Shown: positions 27,201-39,867 of the stretch, one piece after another
How positions within the stretch are numbered: the first letter of the stretch is position 1
How the letters are laid out: each line of letters starts with the position of its first letter
Assembly: GCF_009914755.1 (NCBI RefSeq)
Contig: NC_060933.1
Source of the DNA: the human T2T-CHM13v2.0 reference genome, Homo sapiens
Direction: 5' to 3' (one strand)
DNA: 64,000 bases
Notes under the pieces: generated by a model
What the model saw: the letters and a program-made list of their open reading frames with translations, nothing else
Databases searched by the model: none
Told to the model about the DNA's origin: nothing
Translations under genes and position numbers: made by a program

Positions 27201-30200
27201 GCCACCCCTGGACGATGGAAAGGCCAAGCCAAGGCTGGTGCAGTTAGTCTTGAACTCCGCTGAACTGGGTTCACATCTGACTCGGCCACTTGCTATGCAT
27301 GTGATCTTGGGCAGGTCACCTCAACTTTCTGGGTGCACCTTTTTAGTCCTGACAGGATTGTCACGAGAATTAAGTGGAACAGGTGGGAGATTGTGGCCCT
27401 GAGCCGGGCTTAGGTAGCGTAGTGTGAGCTGTCTGTCTGGAGAGACCAGGGACCACTTTGTGGTGGTGACATTGGGCTGGCCCTTGAAAACTGAGGAAGG
27501 ACTTTGTTTGGCAAAGAAGTGGAGGGAGAGGCAGAATGGACAGGCTCAGGAGACTGCTTGGACATGGACCCCTGGAGGATAAGAGTTTGCAGCTTTGTCA
27601 GGAAGTAGCTGGGGAGGAGAGTCCAGGTCACTTGTGCGAGGGGCCTTTCAGGAGGGCTCGGACACCAGCTTGAGGCATCTGGGACTTGATTATCTTACAG
27701 GCCATGAGGCGAGAGAGGAGGGACAGGAGTGAGGCCATGCCAGGCGGAGTGGCTTGTTCAGTGGAGGGTGCTGCTTTGGTCTAGACAGGAGAAGGCCAGT
27801 GGAACTCCCATTCCCCTCTGCCCTCCCATGCCCTGGCCAAGCTCCTCTGTAGCAGCGGAGTCCAGGGCAGGTCACCCTAGCCATGGCCTTGGCTGTCCCG
27901 TGTGTGACCTGGATGTCATGGTGCCACCTCCTTCCTGGGAGCAGTAAGGATTCCATGCCATGGAGGACAGGTAAAGGGTCTCTAGTCCCTGGAGCGCTGT
28001 CATGGGGCTAGTGATCTGCCATGTTTAGAAGGGTCTCGGCTGGGGCCGTGGGGAGCAGTGTGCAGCCACAGAGGGTAGGATGAGCCTCCTAACCTTGAGA
28101 GGGATGGGGGAAGCGGCCCATACTTGGACAGAGCAAGGGCAGGGGCATTTCCCGGAGACTCTGGAATGAACATTGGAATGCTGCTCTTGGGACTTGGCCT
28201 TGAACAGGCAGCTGCCCTGACGACCCACCCTCAGGCCTTCTTCGTCCCTCCTCCAAGGGAACAACCACGTCACCAGGGTTTGCAGGCTGAGGGAGGGCTA
28301 TCCCTATCCCCACTGACCTCCCGTTCCCTCTGAGCTTAGCTGACCTTGGCTGCTGGTGTGTTGGGGTTTTGGTCCAGGAACTCTAAGGCTCTGGACCTTG
28401 GAGCCAGCCAGACCCAACTTTACCCACAAGGAGCCCCCTGCCTGACAAGGAGCCAGTTCTGTGACAGACCTTCCCAGCACAGCCTGGATATGGCTGTCTG
28501 CCCAGGGAGCCCAGGAAGGCTTCAGGGAAGAAGGGGCACTGAAGCTGGGTGCTGAAGGTTGGGTAGGAAGGGGAAGGACAGCATGTGCCTGGGGCCCTGC
28601 CTGAGACTCCTGCTTCCTGGGATGGAGGGGCCCAGCAGGCAGGCCGCTGCGAGAGTGGGCCTGGTCAGGTGGAGCAGGGAGGTAGATGCCAGCCAGTGGC
28701 TCAGAGTGCCAAGTTCTGGGGCTGGCATTGAATCCCGTGTGGTCTCAAGAGGGGATCCCTTCACCCCCACAACTCAAAGGGCTGGGAAATACCTCCCCGT
28801 GAAGGCGCTGTCTTCACAGCACTTTCAGCATGTGCCGGCTGCCAGTGTTTTCTGGGTGAAGCAAGCCACCTTCCTCCTTTTTCAGATGAGGAAATGGACC
28901 CAAGAGGTTTGGGTGTCGCAGCAACACTAGATCAAAGATGGGATGCTGGGGCACATCTCTTGCCCTCCCTGGCAGGCCTCAGTTTCTCCCCTGTAAAGCG
29001 GGGTGAGGTCAGCATCTGCCTCTTGGGCTCGTGGAGATTCTGTGAGGTGACTTGTGTGGTGGTTCATGTGACGCATGGCCCAAGGTAAGCCCGGCCTGGG
29101 GACGCCAGCTCCACCCTGGTGGGAGGCAGGCAGTGTGGAGTCCACGCCCTGGTTTGAGACCTGCTTCTGTAGGTAGTAGAGGTGCCACATCCTGGCAGGG
29201 TTGTTGTAAGAAGTAGCTCAGACCTGGGCCGTGGAAGTGATTTGCAGGGGTGGAATCCCCATGTGAAGGCCTTTTGCCCTCCTTGGTGCCACCTCGCCTA
29301 GGGGACCAAAGCTCTAGTCTCCAAGGACCACAAGAGGTCAGAGGGGAAAGCTGTCATGAGACTGAGCTAGGCACAGGGTCGGGAGGATGCCGTGGGCCAT
29401 GCAATTGGGCCACCTTCTCTTCCACCCCAGCCTTGGGCAGCAGAGAGGGACTTGACCCAGGGCTGGGGGACGGCAGAAGCCCTGAATACAGGGGCATCAG
29501 CCCCCAGATACCACACCACATAGGGTAGCTGTGGGCATGGCTCCTGGACTGACCTGGTTCCCATCCCAGCAGGGGGCCTTGGGCGGCTCAAGTAACTGCT
29601 CCTCCCTGAGCCTGTCATACCTTTCTGTAAAATGGGTAGATGAATACTCCTGGCAGGGCTGTGTGCTGTTGAAATATGAAAAAAGGGATGTGCAAGTGAC
29701 CAGCTGGGCGCTCACCTTGTGCTGACTAGAGGTGGGTGCCTACAGGCATCCCTTCCTGGGAGTGGAATGGGAGTGAGGTAGAGACCAGTGCCTGCTTCCC
29801 TCCTTTCACCTGAGCGTCCCGGGTAGGGAAGCTGAGCCTATCCCTGCCCCTTTGGAGCCTGGGCAGTCTTTGGTACCCATCTTCTGCCCTGCCTCTAATG
29901 CGCTGCTTCCCTAGGCTGGCAAGGCAGAGGCTGGAGGTGAAAAAGGAAGTGGCCCAACAATGCCAGCATGGGATGAAGCCAGGGTAGGGGAGAAGCCTGC
30001 CTTGGGTGACTGATGGAGCAAGCAGTCCCTGCTGTGAAGTGGCCAGGGACTGCTGCAAGCACAGGACAGGGCTGGCTTCCCAGAGAGGTGGTTCTTGGGC
30101 CTTGAATTGGTCCTGCTGGGTTCAGGAAGTGACCAAATGACCATTTTTCCTTCCTTAGCCCCCTCATCTTATCAGCTACCACCATGGGCACACCCTGGCA

Positions 30201-33000
30201 GGGTCACAGCAGACCAGCTCCCTCTGGGCCCAGATGAGGGAGGGACCGAGGACACTGTGTTTCAGGGCCTGTAGACTCCAGGCTGGTCAGGAAGGAAACG
30301 CATAGGAACGTGAGTGAGAGAGTACGGGTCCACTGGCCCTGCCTCCACCACCCACCCGCTTGCTGTACTATCCAGGAAGGAGTAGCCTGGGAGAGCTTGC
30401 GGGAACCACTTGGGGCCTCCCTGGGCCTGCCCTGCCCCTATTCCTCTTCCTCCCAGAGAGCTTGGGCTGCAGGGATGGATGCAGCCTCTGCTTTACATCC
30501 CACCCCGTGGAGAAGCTCCCAGGGAAGCGGGGAGGGTCATGGCTGCCCAGGTAGGCCGGGCCAGTCCAAGGTGTCTTAAGGGCCTTGAGCTTCCCTACAG
30601 CCCTCTCTTCTGCCAGGATCCTTTCCAGGTCAGCCAGAGCATGCTTGTGGGACATGGTGGGGAAGGAAGGGGAGGGCTCTGCAACCACAGACTCCAGGAT
30701 CTGGCTGTTTTGGGGTCTGGCCTGGGCCTGCTGGGCTCCTGGGGTTGCAGGACCAGGGTCTCCTTGGGTTTCCCTGGGCAGGCCCAGCCTGCTGAAGCAT
30801 GCCTCGCCTCTCCTCTCCACAGCCAGCTCATTCATGCGCCCCAGGCAGGAGGCGGCCTCAGCTCACCAGCTCCCCGCTCTGTACTTCCTGGGTCCCTACC
30901 CCACCCTCCCTGGCTCCCAGCATCCTTACCTGGCAGAGATTTTCCAAGCTAGGCCAGAAAGCAGCCCAATCCCAGCCAGTGTGACTTCCCTACTATCAGG
31001 CAGGGCGTCTCTTCCACTGAGGTATGAAGCCCCATGTGGGAGGGAGGCCTGGAGTCCACCCTGGGAGGTGGGCGGCTCAGGTGGAATCTCAGCCCAGGGA
31101 GGGCAGGCCCACCCACGGCACTGGTCATTGCCGTGATGGGGAGGAGGCCAGGCCGCTCGAGCAAGGCCTTGAGGGATTATCAGGAGAAGAGGCCTGTTCC
31201 AACACAGCGGTGTGGCGGTGTGATGTGGTGGTGTGGCGGTGTGGCGTGGCAGGTAGGCCAGTGCCCCTTTGTGAACTGGACCTCCCAGGGAGAGTGCCTC
31301 AGAGGAGCAGAGGCACATGCTGGGCTTGTCCATGGGCTTAGGCCACAACGGGAAGCCCCAGGTGGGAGTCCTTGTGGGAGTTGGGGAGGGTTCCCCCCTG
31401 TCTTGAACTTGTCTCACAGTTTTCCTCTGGCTCTGCCCATTCCCTCTGCTTTCAGAGGCCAGCTTCGTGCTGGGTGTGGAGAGGCAGAGGGAGCCGGTTG
31501 ACTGGGGCTCCTGGGCTGGCCTCTGTGGGGTATCTAAGGGTTGGGATTCCCTCAGCTCTGACTCCTTACGGCATCTAGCATGGGACTCCATGTTGGGGAG
31601 GGCTCTTATGCTCAGAGGGCTGTTGCCATGGAGATGTGGAGCTTGGGGTGGGAGGGTGGCTACTGTCAGCCTGAGTCCCTCTGAGCAGGGCTCTTCCTGC
31701 TCACCTCTGGATTCTTGAGCACCCATGGAGTGGGCCTCAGCCCGCTGACCCGGGGCAGTCGCAGAAATGAGTGTACAGGGTATGCATCCTACAGGGAAGT
31801 GTCTGGTGGCTCTGCCAAGCTGCGAGCCCCTCAAGGTCAGGGACCAAGCCTCAGCATAGCCCAAGGTAGGGGTCTTGGTTTGGCGAGGCAGGGAGAGAAT
31901 GATGGACTGAGCACTTGGACCATTGGAACCAGGAGCCAAAGGGCATAGGGCGTTGGGGGTAGGAGGTCCATGTGGGCTAAGCCTGGAGTAGGTTTTTCAC
32001 CAACCCCAGGGTTTGAGCCCTGGACACAAGCAGGGCTCAGCTTCTGCACCAGAGATGGTCTTAGCAGGCCCAGCCTGTCCTCACGCTTTTCCTCTGTCCC
32101 ACCGTGGGGGCTGGGGGCTCTAAGAGGACACTGCTCTGTGCTGCTGACTTTGGAGAGACTTTACCTAACCCTAGAGCAGGTGTCATCTGCGGTGCTTTCC
32201 CTGTGATGCACTGAGGAAACAGGCTCAGAGGAGAACGATTTCCCCAGGGCCACACAGCAGGGGAGCAGCGGGCCCAGGTCTGGTCTGCGTTTGGGTGCCG
32301 GGTGGCATCAGCCCTGTGCTCTTTGTGCCTGTGTCGGAGCCACTGACCTGGGCCCTGAGTCCCAGCATGGGGACCCCGATGGAGTGTGTGTCTTGGGTAC
32401 TGTGCAGAGACTGCTGCATCCCTTCTGCTTCGAGACTCGCCTCGCCTCGCTGTCCTCATCTGTAAGATGGGAGCAGCAGGGTCCCTGTGGCTTTCCCTCG
32501 TGTGGGTCTGCTGGTGTGGGACAGTGTATGAGGAAGGGCTGTTGGCAGTGGTATGCTGGATAAATGTTGGGGCAGAGTGACTGCTCAGTCTTGGACAAGG
32601 ACCAGTGCAAAAGAGAGGGGAAATGGGAAAGCGCCCAGAACTGCAGACAGCTGCCTGGGTCAGGCGGGCTTTCCTTGGGTCTCTGAGACTTCTCAGGAGC
32701 CAAGCTGGCCCAGGCCCCGCAGGCTCACTTGCAAATATTAACCCCGGAGTGGCGCCTAATCCTCACCTTCTTGCTCTCTGAGAGGCTGAGCCCCCAGCCA
32801 GACTCTTGCAGTCGGGAGGAGGTTCCCACCAGTCTCTGTGACAGCCCTGCCCCCAGATCTGTCTTAAGACAGAAAGGAGAGAGAGTGGAGAGGAGTGGCT
32901 GCCTGCTGGAAGGGGCACGGCCAGGGCAGATGGGTGGGACATGGCAACCAGCTTGACCCGGGCTGTGGGGGCCCACCTGACACACCTACTGCCACCCCAG

Positions 33001-33154
33001 GTCCCATCTGATGCCGAGGCTGAAGGAGTCTCGCTCCCACGAGTCCCTGCTCAGCCCCAGCAGTGCGGTGGAGGCGCTGGACCTCAGCATGGAGGAAGAG
33101 GTGGTCATCAAGCCCGTGCACAGCAGCATCCTTGGCCAGGACTACTGCTTCGAG
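33001..33154 (+). CDS. DAB2IP: DAB2IP coding exon (PH region; contains ATG 33011 of the 1065-aa isoform)
   Basis: ccccag|GTCCCATCTGATGCCG … TTCGAG|gtgggt; translates [51 protein letters not shown], the SynGAP/DAB2IP PH segment; 154 nt. Confidence 0.97.
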
Positions 33155-34885
33155 GTGGGTCCCATCACAGGGGTTGGGGTGGACACCCCATCCTCTCCTG
33201 GCCTGGCTGGTCTCCTCCAGACATCCTCCTGGAGTCCAGTCTGCTGTGGCCTCAGCAGGGGCCAGGGTCTTGGGGACAGTGGCTAGTAGTTACCGATAGC
33301 TTTCAGCTCCTAAGAGACCTGGTGGAGCTGGGGTGGAGGCTGTCCTTCCTACTCTCTAGGTTCTCTGGAAATGGGCCAGCACCTGTTCTCCATGCTAGCC
33401 TGAAGCTGCTGGGGCCCCCAGTGGATGACAGTGAGTAGGGGAAAAGCCTGAATTTCTTAAGCACCAGAGCCCATGTCTTAGAGCCTGCTCACCTCCCAAA
33501 TGCAGTGTGGATAGCAGAGAGTCTCCCCTTGTCTGGGCCTGTTTCCCACTGTGAACAATGAGAGCCCAAATCTGTCCTGCCCTGGCATTCTGCGACCTGA
33601 GGTTTGAATGCAGAGAGCCAGTGACCCACCTGGGGATGACCTGTCCAGTCCCTCATAGGAAATGGGGGATCTGAGGCCCAGAGAAGGCACAAAGACATCA
33701 GAGGTCACACAGCAAGGCTGAGACCAAGCCGGGAGCAGGGTTACTATTGTTGCAGGTGTTCCTGGGAGTTACTAATTGCTTCTGCAGTTATTCATATTGC
33801 TTCCTACCAGTTTCTGGGAAGATTCCTACCCCCAATAATCATGCATAACTAGGAGAGCTCTCTTGTAGAGGAATGAGCCTGGTAATGAAAAGCAGCCACT
33901 TGGGGACTAGTGTGACAATCTCCTGGCACCCCCAGCCCTGGGGAAAAAACAGAATGGTGCCTGGCACCTGCCCCATACCCTGTGCCCACTGGGGACCATT
34001 TCTGGTTCAGGACTCCTGGCCAAGCCAGGCTTGATCTGGGTTCTGACTTCCTTGCCAGGGATAGGGTGAAGATGGCCCTGTCTGCTGGTTCACAGCAGGG
34101 GGTTCTGTGGAGGGTGCAGGCCCTCGAATGCCGTGTGAGGAGTGTGCTTCCCCTGCAGAGACCCGGGTCTGCTGCTGGGGACAGTGGAAACACACAGCAG
34201 GAATTGCCCGGACTGGCTCCCTTACCTGGCAGGAGATGTCTAAGCTGGACCAGAGGTTGAGTGAGAGTCAGACAGAGAGGGAAGGAGAAGGGTCAGGGAC
34301 TGGGGACCCTAGGGCCTGGCACATCCAGACAGTCCGAGTCTCATTTCTCCAGTCTGGCATAAAAAATATCAGGCTTATATTACCATTGTTGTCACTGCTG
34401 CTTGACGGAAGAGAACCCTCAGAGTTGTCAGCTGAGGACTGAGGGGATTCTGGTACCTACCTTTAGTTGTCTCCTTGGTTCTTGTGGTTCCGCCTTTAGG
34501 GAAAGTACGCTCGGGTTAAGCATTGCCCTCTGACCTGGGCAAGGTCTTCGTTCATTCCCTCTTCCCATCTCAGGGAGAGGGAGGTTAGAGTTAGGAAGAT
34601 GCTTTCCTATTGGACAGAGGGCACTGAGGGACGAGTGAGGAGCCTGCTCGTGCAGGATGGGGCCACTCTCCGGCTGCTGACTTGCCCTGGGACAGTGGCT
34701 CTCAAGTGTACCACCTGCAAAACATGAAGTAGAGGCGTCATATGAGCCTTGTCCTGGCTCCTTCCTGAAGCTGTGATGCAGACCTGATGGCCAGAGTCCC
34801 CTGAGCCTCCAAGGTCTTCTTCCATCACTGCCTGCCCTTGCTGTGGTCCCTTCCCTCATAACACTGTCTTGCCTGCTCCCCACAG

Positions 34886-34984
34886 GTGACGACGTCATCA
34901 GGAAGCAAGTGCTTTTCCTGCCGGTCTGCAGCTGAGCGGGATAAGTGGATGGAGAACCTCCGGCGAGCGGTGCATCCCAACAAG
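34886..34984 (+). CDS. DAB2IP: DAB2IP coding exon (end of PH domain)
   Basis: cacag|GTGACG … AACAAG|gtaagc; [33 protein letters not shown]; 99 nt, phases join neighbours. Confidence 0.96.
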
Positions 34985-35872
34985 GTAAGCCTGCGCCCCT
35001 CTCACCAAAGCATGGGGGATTGAAGGTAGGCTCAGATAGGAGGAAACAAGAGAGACTATCTCTGTGGTGTGGGCTGGGATTGGGGGTGGTCAGCCTGCAT
35101 GGAGGCAGGGCCCGAGTGGACAATATTGGTGGACTCTGAAAGAGACGTTTGAGTTGACCAGGTTGAGACAGGTGCTGTGTGCCTCTGTTTTCTAAGCTAC
35201 ACATTGAGGCTGGGCTTGGGGAAATGAGTGCTGGACCCTGGGGTCCTTCTGCTGGGACCCCTTGTCCCTACTCCCCAGCCCCTGGCTGAGTTCTGCTCAT
35301 CTTCCCCTTCCACCTTAGATGTCTGCCCCTCCTCCAGGTGAGGACCCCTGTCCCAGGCTGGTGCCCTCTGTGTTCCCACTGCCCCTGGGCTCCCCCATTA
35401 GGTCCTGGGAGCCCCCACTGTAATCCCTGCTTCTGTATCTGTCTCCCTAGCCGACTTGAGGGCTTGACCAAGTCCTGGTCACCATAGCCATCTCTTAAGT
35501 TACAGTACAGACCAGCATATTAAGGAAGAGTTAATAATGGCATAGCCTGTGACGTGTCAGGCGTTGTGCTGGCCTCTCTCAGTCTCGCCCTCTATGAGAT
35601 GGGGGTTTTACCTTAGTGCCGTTTCATAGACAAGCAACCCAAGGCTCCAGTTAAGTTGCTTGCCCAAGGTGAGTGAGCTTCTGTGAGGTCGACCAGAGAT
35701 CCAGCCCTTGTCCATCATGCCCTGCCTCATCCTGACTTAGGGCCTAGGCGCCCGCTGCCGCCTCCACCTTCAGAGCTCCTCCTGGGTCTGAGGACTCTCT
35801 CAGGCTCTGGGCTGGTTGGGGGTTGCACGTGGCACCCCCAGCTGACCACCCTGGACCCCCGTGCACATACAG

Positions 35873-36427
35873 GACAACAGCCGGCGTGTGGAGCACATCC
35901 TGAAGCTGTGGGTGATCGAGGCCAAGGACCTGCCAGCCAAGAAGAAGTACCTGTGCGAGCTGTGCCTGGACGATGTGCTCTATGCCCGCACCACGGGCAA
36001 GCTCAAGACGGACAATGTTTTCTGGGGCGAGCACTTCGAGTTCCACAACTTGCCGCCTCTGCGCACGGTCACTGTCCACCTGTACCGGGAGACCGACAAG
36101 AAGAAGAAGAAGGAGCGCAACAGTTACCTGGGCCTGGTGAGCCTACCTGCTGCCTCGGTGGCCGGGCGGCAGTTCGTGGAGAAGTGGTACCCGGTGGTGA
36201 CGCCCAACCCCAAGGGCGGCAAGGGCCCTGGACCCATGATCCGCATCAAGGCGCGCTACCAAACCATCACCATCCTGCCCATGGAGATGTACAAAGAGTT
36301 CGCTGAGCACATCACCAACCACTACCTGGGGCTGTGTGCAGCCCTCGAGCCCATCCTCAGTGCCAAGACCAAGGAGGAGATGGCATCTGCCCTGGTGCAC
36401 ATCCTGCAGAGCACGGGCAAGGTGAAG
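35873..36427 (+). CDS. DAB2IP: DAB2IP coding exon (C2 domain, start of GAP region)
   Basis: atacag|GACAAC … GTGAAG|gtgcgt; [34 protein letters not shown]…KKKKKE…[10 protein letters not shown]; 555 nt. Confidence 0.98.
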
Positions 36428-39400
36428 GTGCGTGCAGGCCCCTCGGCTCCTGACACAGGCTGGGCGGCAGCACTGGGTTACCTGCCCTTCCTCACATCCG
36501 TACATTTCAGGCCTAACAGAGGCCTTGGAGGCACCGGTCACTACCAGAAGGGCTCCCTAAACCCAAAAGTTCTATCGTGGGCTGGGGGTTTTGTACTCCT
36601 GCTCTGTGGCTGGAGCTGATCACTGAGGCCTGTGTGGAGCCAGTGGATGGGATTGCAGCTGGTAGTGAGGGAGTGGGCTTGGGTTGAGGTGCCTTCCACC
36701 ACTGCTGCAGAGGACCGACCCCCTGAGGCGCCAGGGGAACAGGCTGGGTGGCCACGGCTCTCCCAGCACACAGGTCCCACAACGCCACCAGCCGCAGTGA
36801 GCCAAACACACGTCCCCTGTGGGGTATGGAGTTCGGCAGACCTCCCCAGCACGATGCACAGATGAGCCTCCCTCACAGCTCTACCTCACCCCACACTCTC
36901 ACCCAGACACACAGATTGTCACACAGGTAGACACAGTCAAAATTGTACTATTCGAGGGTTAGCCAGCCCCACCCCAGAGCCTCACAGAAGCGGGAATCGT
37001 CTGAGACCCACCCAGGCAAGTCCTAGTTCAGGGCCAGAGGTGCTCAATGTCCATCTCCATGACCCCTTTCACCTTCCGCTCCCGAAGATGGGCCCAGCAG
37101 CCCACCATGCAAGCCGTGCCTCAGCCCCACCTACCCGGTTTGGGGACAAATGGGCTCCTGGACCAGGGTGCCCCTAGGAAGGCAGTAGAGCATGGTCTGT
37201 GGGCCTCGAAGGCGACCTTCTCTCTTTACATTTGCCACCTGCCATTCAGGAAGCTGGCCAAAGAGGGTGGGAAAAAGGGGCTGGACTTGAGGCCTCTGCA
37301 GCGTGGATGGACCCTGGTGCTGGGCTAAGGACTGGGCCTCTGCCCTCTGGACAGTGGCGTGTTGTGAGCCAAGTGGCAGGTGGCTGAGGGGCACCCTGTG
37401 TCAAGGTCCTAGGCCCTTAGCTCTGGGTCGGGGAGGCACAGTTGGGAGCCATACCCCAGGGCAGAGTCCAGGGCACAAGACTCGTGGAGGTCCCTCACCC
37501 TCTCACCTGTTCCTAGAGGCCCTGGAAGGGGAGGCCATGGCTGGAAGCCTCAGCAGCCTCTGCAGCCCCCCTCCCTCTTGCACTTGCTGTATGCTGCAAG
37601 TGCAGGGCTGGGGCGGGGACCTCCTCCCCATGGACCCGCGATGGGGAGCAGTTTTCCTCTGTAGTGCTCAGCTACCTCCTCCCTCACCTTCTCCCCCAGC
37701 CTTCAGACTTGGCTGGCTAGGCTGCACGTTGGGCCAGCTCTGGCTGCCCCGTCCTTAACATGCTGGTCAACACTGGGGACGTATGCTGGGAAACGGAATG
37801 AATCAAGGACCCATGGGCACCAGAGAGGGAGTGATGGGGGCTGCAGAGGCTGCATTATTTTCTGCAGTTGTGTCTGATGTTTCAGTACCTGGTTCCCAGG
37901 GCTGGGCTGGGGCTGGCCTGGGAAGCGGATTCCTCCCTGAAGCAGCCTGAAATGATAGGTATGTCCAGGTGCTCGTGGAGGGAGGTGAAGTCAGGGCTGC
38001 AGCCAACCCCAAAGGCCCTCAGTGGGATTGGGGAGCAGTAGATAGAAGCATAGAAAGTAACTTGTGCTGCTGGGGTGACAGGTACCTAAGCCCCCACCCC
38101 TGGAATACTTGGGAACTAGCCCCTCTTCCGTCTCCACGGCTAGAGGAGTAACGGAGTCTGGGAAGCAAGGGACTTGGACCAGATCTGGCCCCAGGTGGCT
38201 GTGTGGCCTTGGACAAGTCATTTTCCTGCTGTGTGTGCATTGGTTTCCCCCTTATTGGGTCCTGGCTCTCAGGAAGTTCTCATCCCAGCACTGGGGCCTG
38301 GCTCTCATTGCGGGAGTTCAGGAAGGCTGCAGTCCTGAGCGGGAGCCCTGGAGGAGCCCCGGGGGAGATGCACCTCTGACCCCCGCTTTAGTGTATTCAG
38401 AGAATGAGACCCTGGAGGTCGCCTGCTGGTCAGGAAGGGGTCCTCAGGCCACATGATCCCCAGGAAGCCAATGACAGCTTCCCCTTTGCCCCTGCTGTCC
38501 CTCTGTGCCTCTGCTGTGCACCCTGGGTTCCTGTGTCTAGATCTCAGTTCTGTTTTAAAGGACCCCAAGGTCGTGCATGTCGGAGTGAGGAATTTCTTGA
38601 GCACAGATGCCTGGGTCCACCCCTCCTGGGCACCTTGCAGGCTCTGTGCTAGGTGGCCCCCTGCCCTGACTGTCACCCTCCCTTGAAACTATGACAGTTT
38701 TTCCTATTTTCTTCCCCTCCCCCAAGCCACAGGTTAGTTGTGAGCACAAGGAGGTGGGGGCTTCTGAGGGAGGGTGTTAGTATCTGCATGGTTGCTAGAG
38801 TAGGGGGAAGGTGTGGGTTCGGGCTCCTGTGCTGGGGTTTTCCCACAACACTGTGTGTGGGACCTGATGGGCCTGGGGCTGCTACCCTGGATTGCCAGGT
38901 GGGCAGTGGCGCCTCCACCTTCCCTCTCCAGCCAGTTGCACATCACTTCCTGCTCTCACCTGCCTGAGCATGGTGGCTCACGACCTCCCCGGGCAGTGGG
39001 GCTGCACAGAAGGCATCTGTGTCTGGTGTGGGAGCCCCCACCAGAGTCATAGGTGGATACTGATGGCCATTCTTACCATGAGACAGGGCAGCCTCATTTG
39101 TCCTCTTTGGCACTGATGGTGCGGGGAGAGGCGAGTCCTGCTGTGGTCACCAGGCCAGGCCTGATCAGGGCTGTACATGGAAATGAGTCCATTCTCTGTG
39201 GTGGTGGGGGCTTGTGGCTCCACGTGGCATGCTCTCATTCAGGCTGCCTCCATCCATAGACCCGGCTCTACTGTCACCAGTTCTAGGCTCCTACCCTGGC
39301 TGGGGGCCCCTGCCCTGCCCACACTCCCCAGCAGCCCCCAAAGGTGGGCACACTGTTCCTCTCCGGGACCCCCGCAGCTTGGTGATGGAACAGCCTCAAA

Positions 39401-39492
39401 ATGCCAGGACTTCTCTGGCTAGGTCTGGAATCCTAGGGCCCTCCATGCCAGGCCAGCTCAGGTCCTGCTCTCTCCACCTCCTGCCTCCCCAG

Positions 39493-39637
39493 GACTTCCT
39501 GACAGACCTGATGATGTCAGAGGTGGACCGCTGCGGGGACAACGAGCACCTCATCTTCCGGGAGAACACACTGGCCACCAAGGCCATTGAGGAGTACCTC
39601 AAGCTAGTGGGCCAGAAGTACCTGCAGGACGCCCTAG
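39493..39637 (+). CDS. DAB2IP: DAB2IP coding exon (RasGAP domain, arginine finger)
   Basis: ccccag|GACTTC … CCCTAG|gtaggg; [48 protein letters not shown]; FREN Arg codon CGG 39559-39561 counts to R289 from ATG 33011. Confidence 0.98.
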
Positions 39638-39722
39638 GTAGGGAGTGGGCCAGCAGCAGGGCAGAGGGTGGGGCAGGGCCCGCCAGGTCCTCACTCCCCA
39701 CTCCCTGCCCACTTGTCCATAG

Positions 39723-39867
39723 GTGAGTTCATCAAAGCGCTGTATGAGTCAGATGAGAACTGCGAAGTGGATCCCAGCAAGTGCTCGGCCGCTGACCTCC
39801 CAGAGCACCAGGGCAACCTCAAGATGTGCTGCGAGCTGGCCTTCTGCAAGATCATCAACTCCTACTG
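39723..39867 (+). CDS. DAB2IP: DAB2IP coding exon (RasGAP domain)
   Basis: ccatag|GTGAGTTC … TACTG|gtcagt; [20 protein letters not shown]…KIINSY; follows an 85-nt intron. Confidence 0.97.

Noticed and set aside
30926-31939. 337-aa antisense intronic ORF
   Set aside because: Low-complexity P/S/A/G composition, no recognisable domain, partly over simple repeat; expected by chance in GC-rich DNA.
34428-35204. 258-aa antisense ORF spanning the 99-nt exon
   Set aside because: No homology signature or coding-like composition.
35683-36306. 207-aa alternative-frame ORF over the C2 exon
   Set aside because: Starts at an intronic GTG; explained by high GC3 codon bias of the true frame.
39723-39728. 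GTGAGT at exon start as a recursive splice site
   Set aside because: It encodes conserved G-E-F residues and follows an 85-nt intron; recursive splicing is typical of very long introns.
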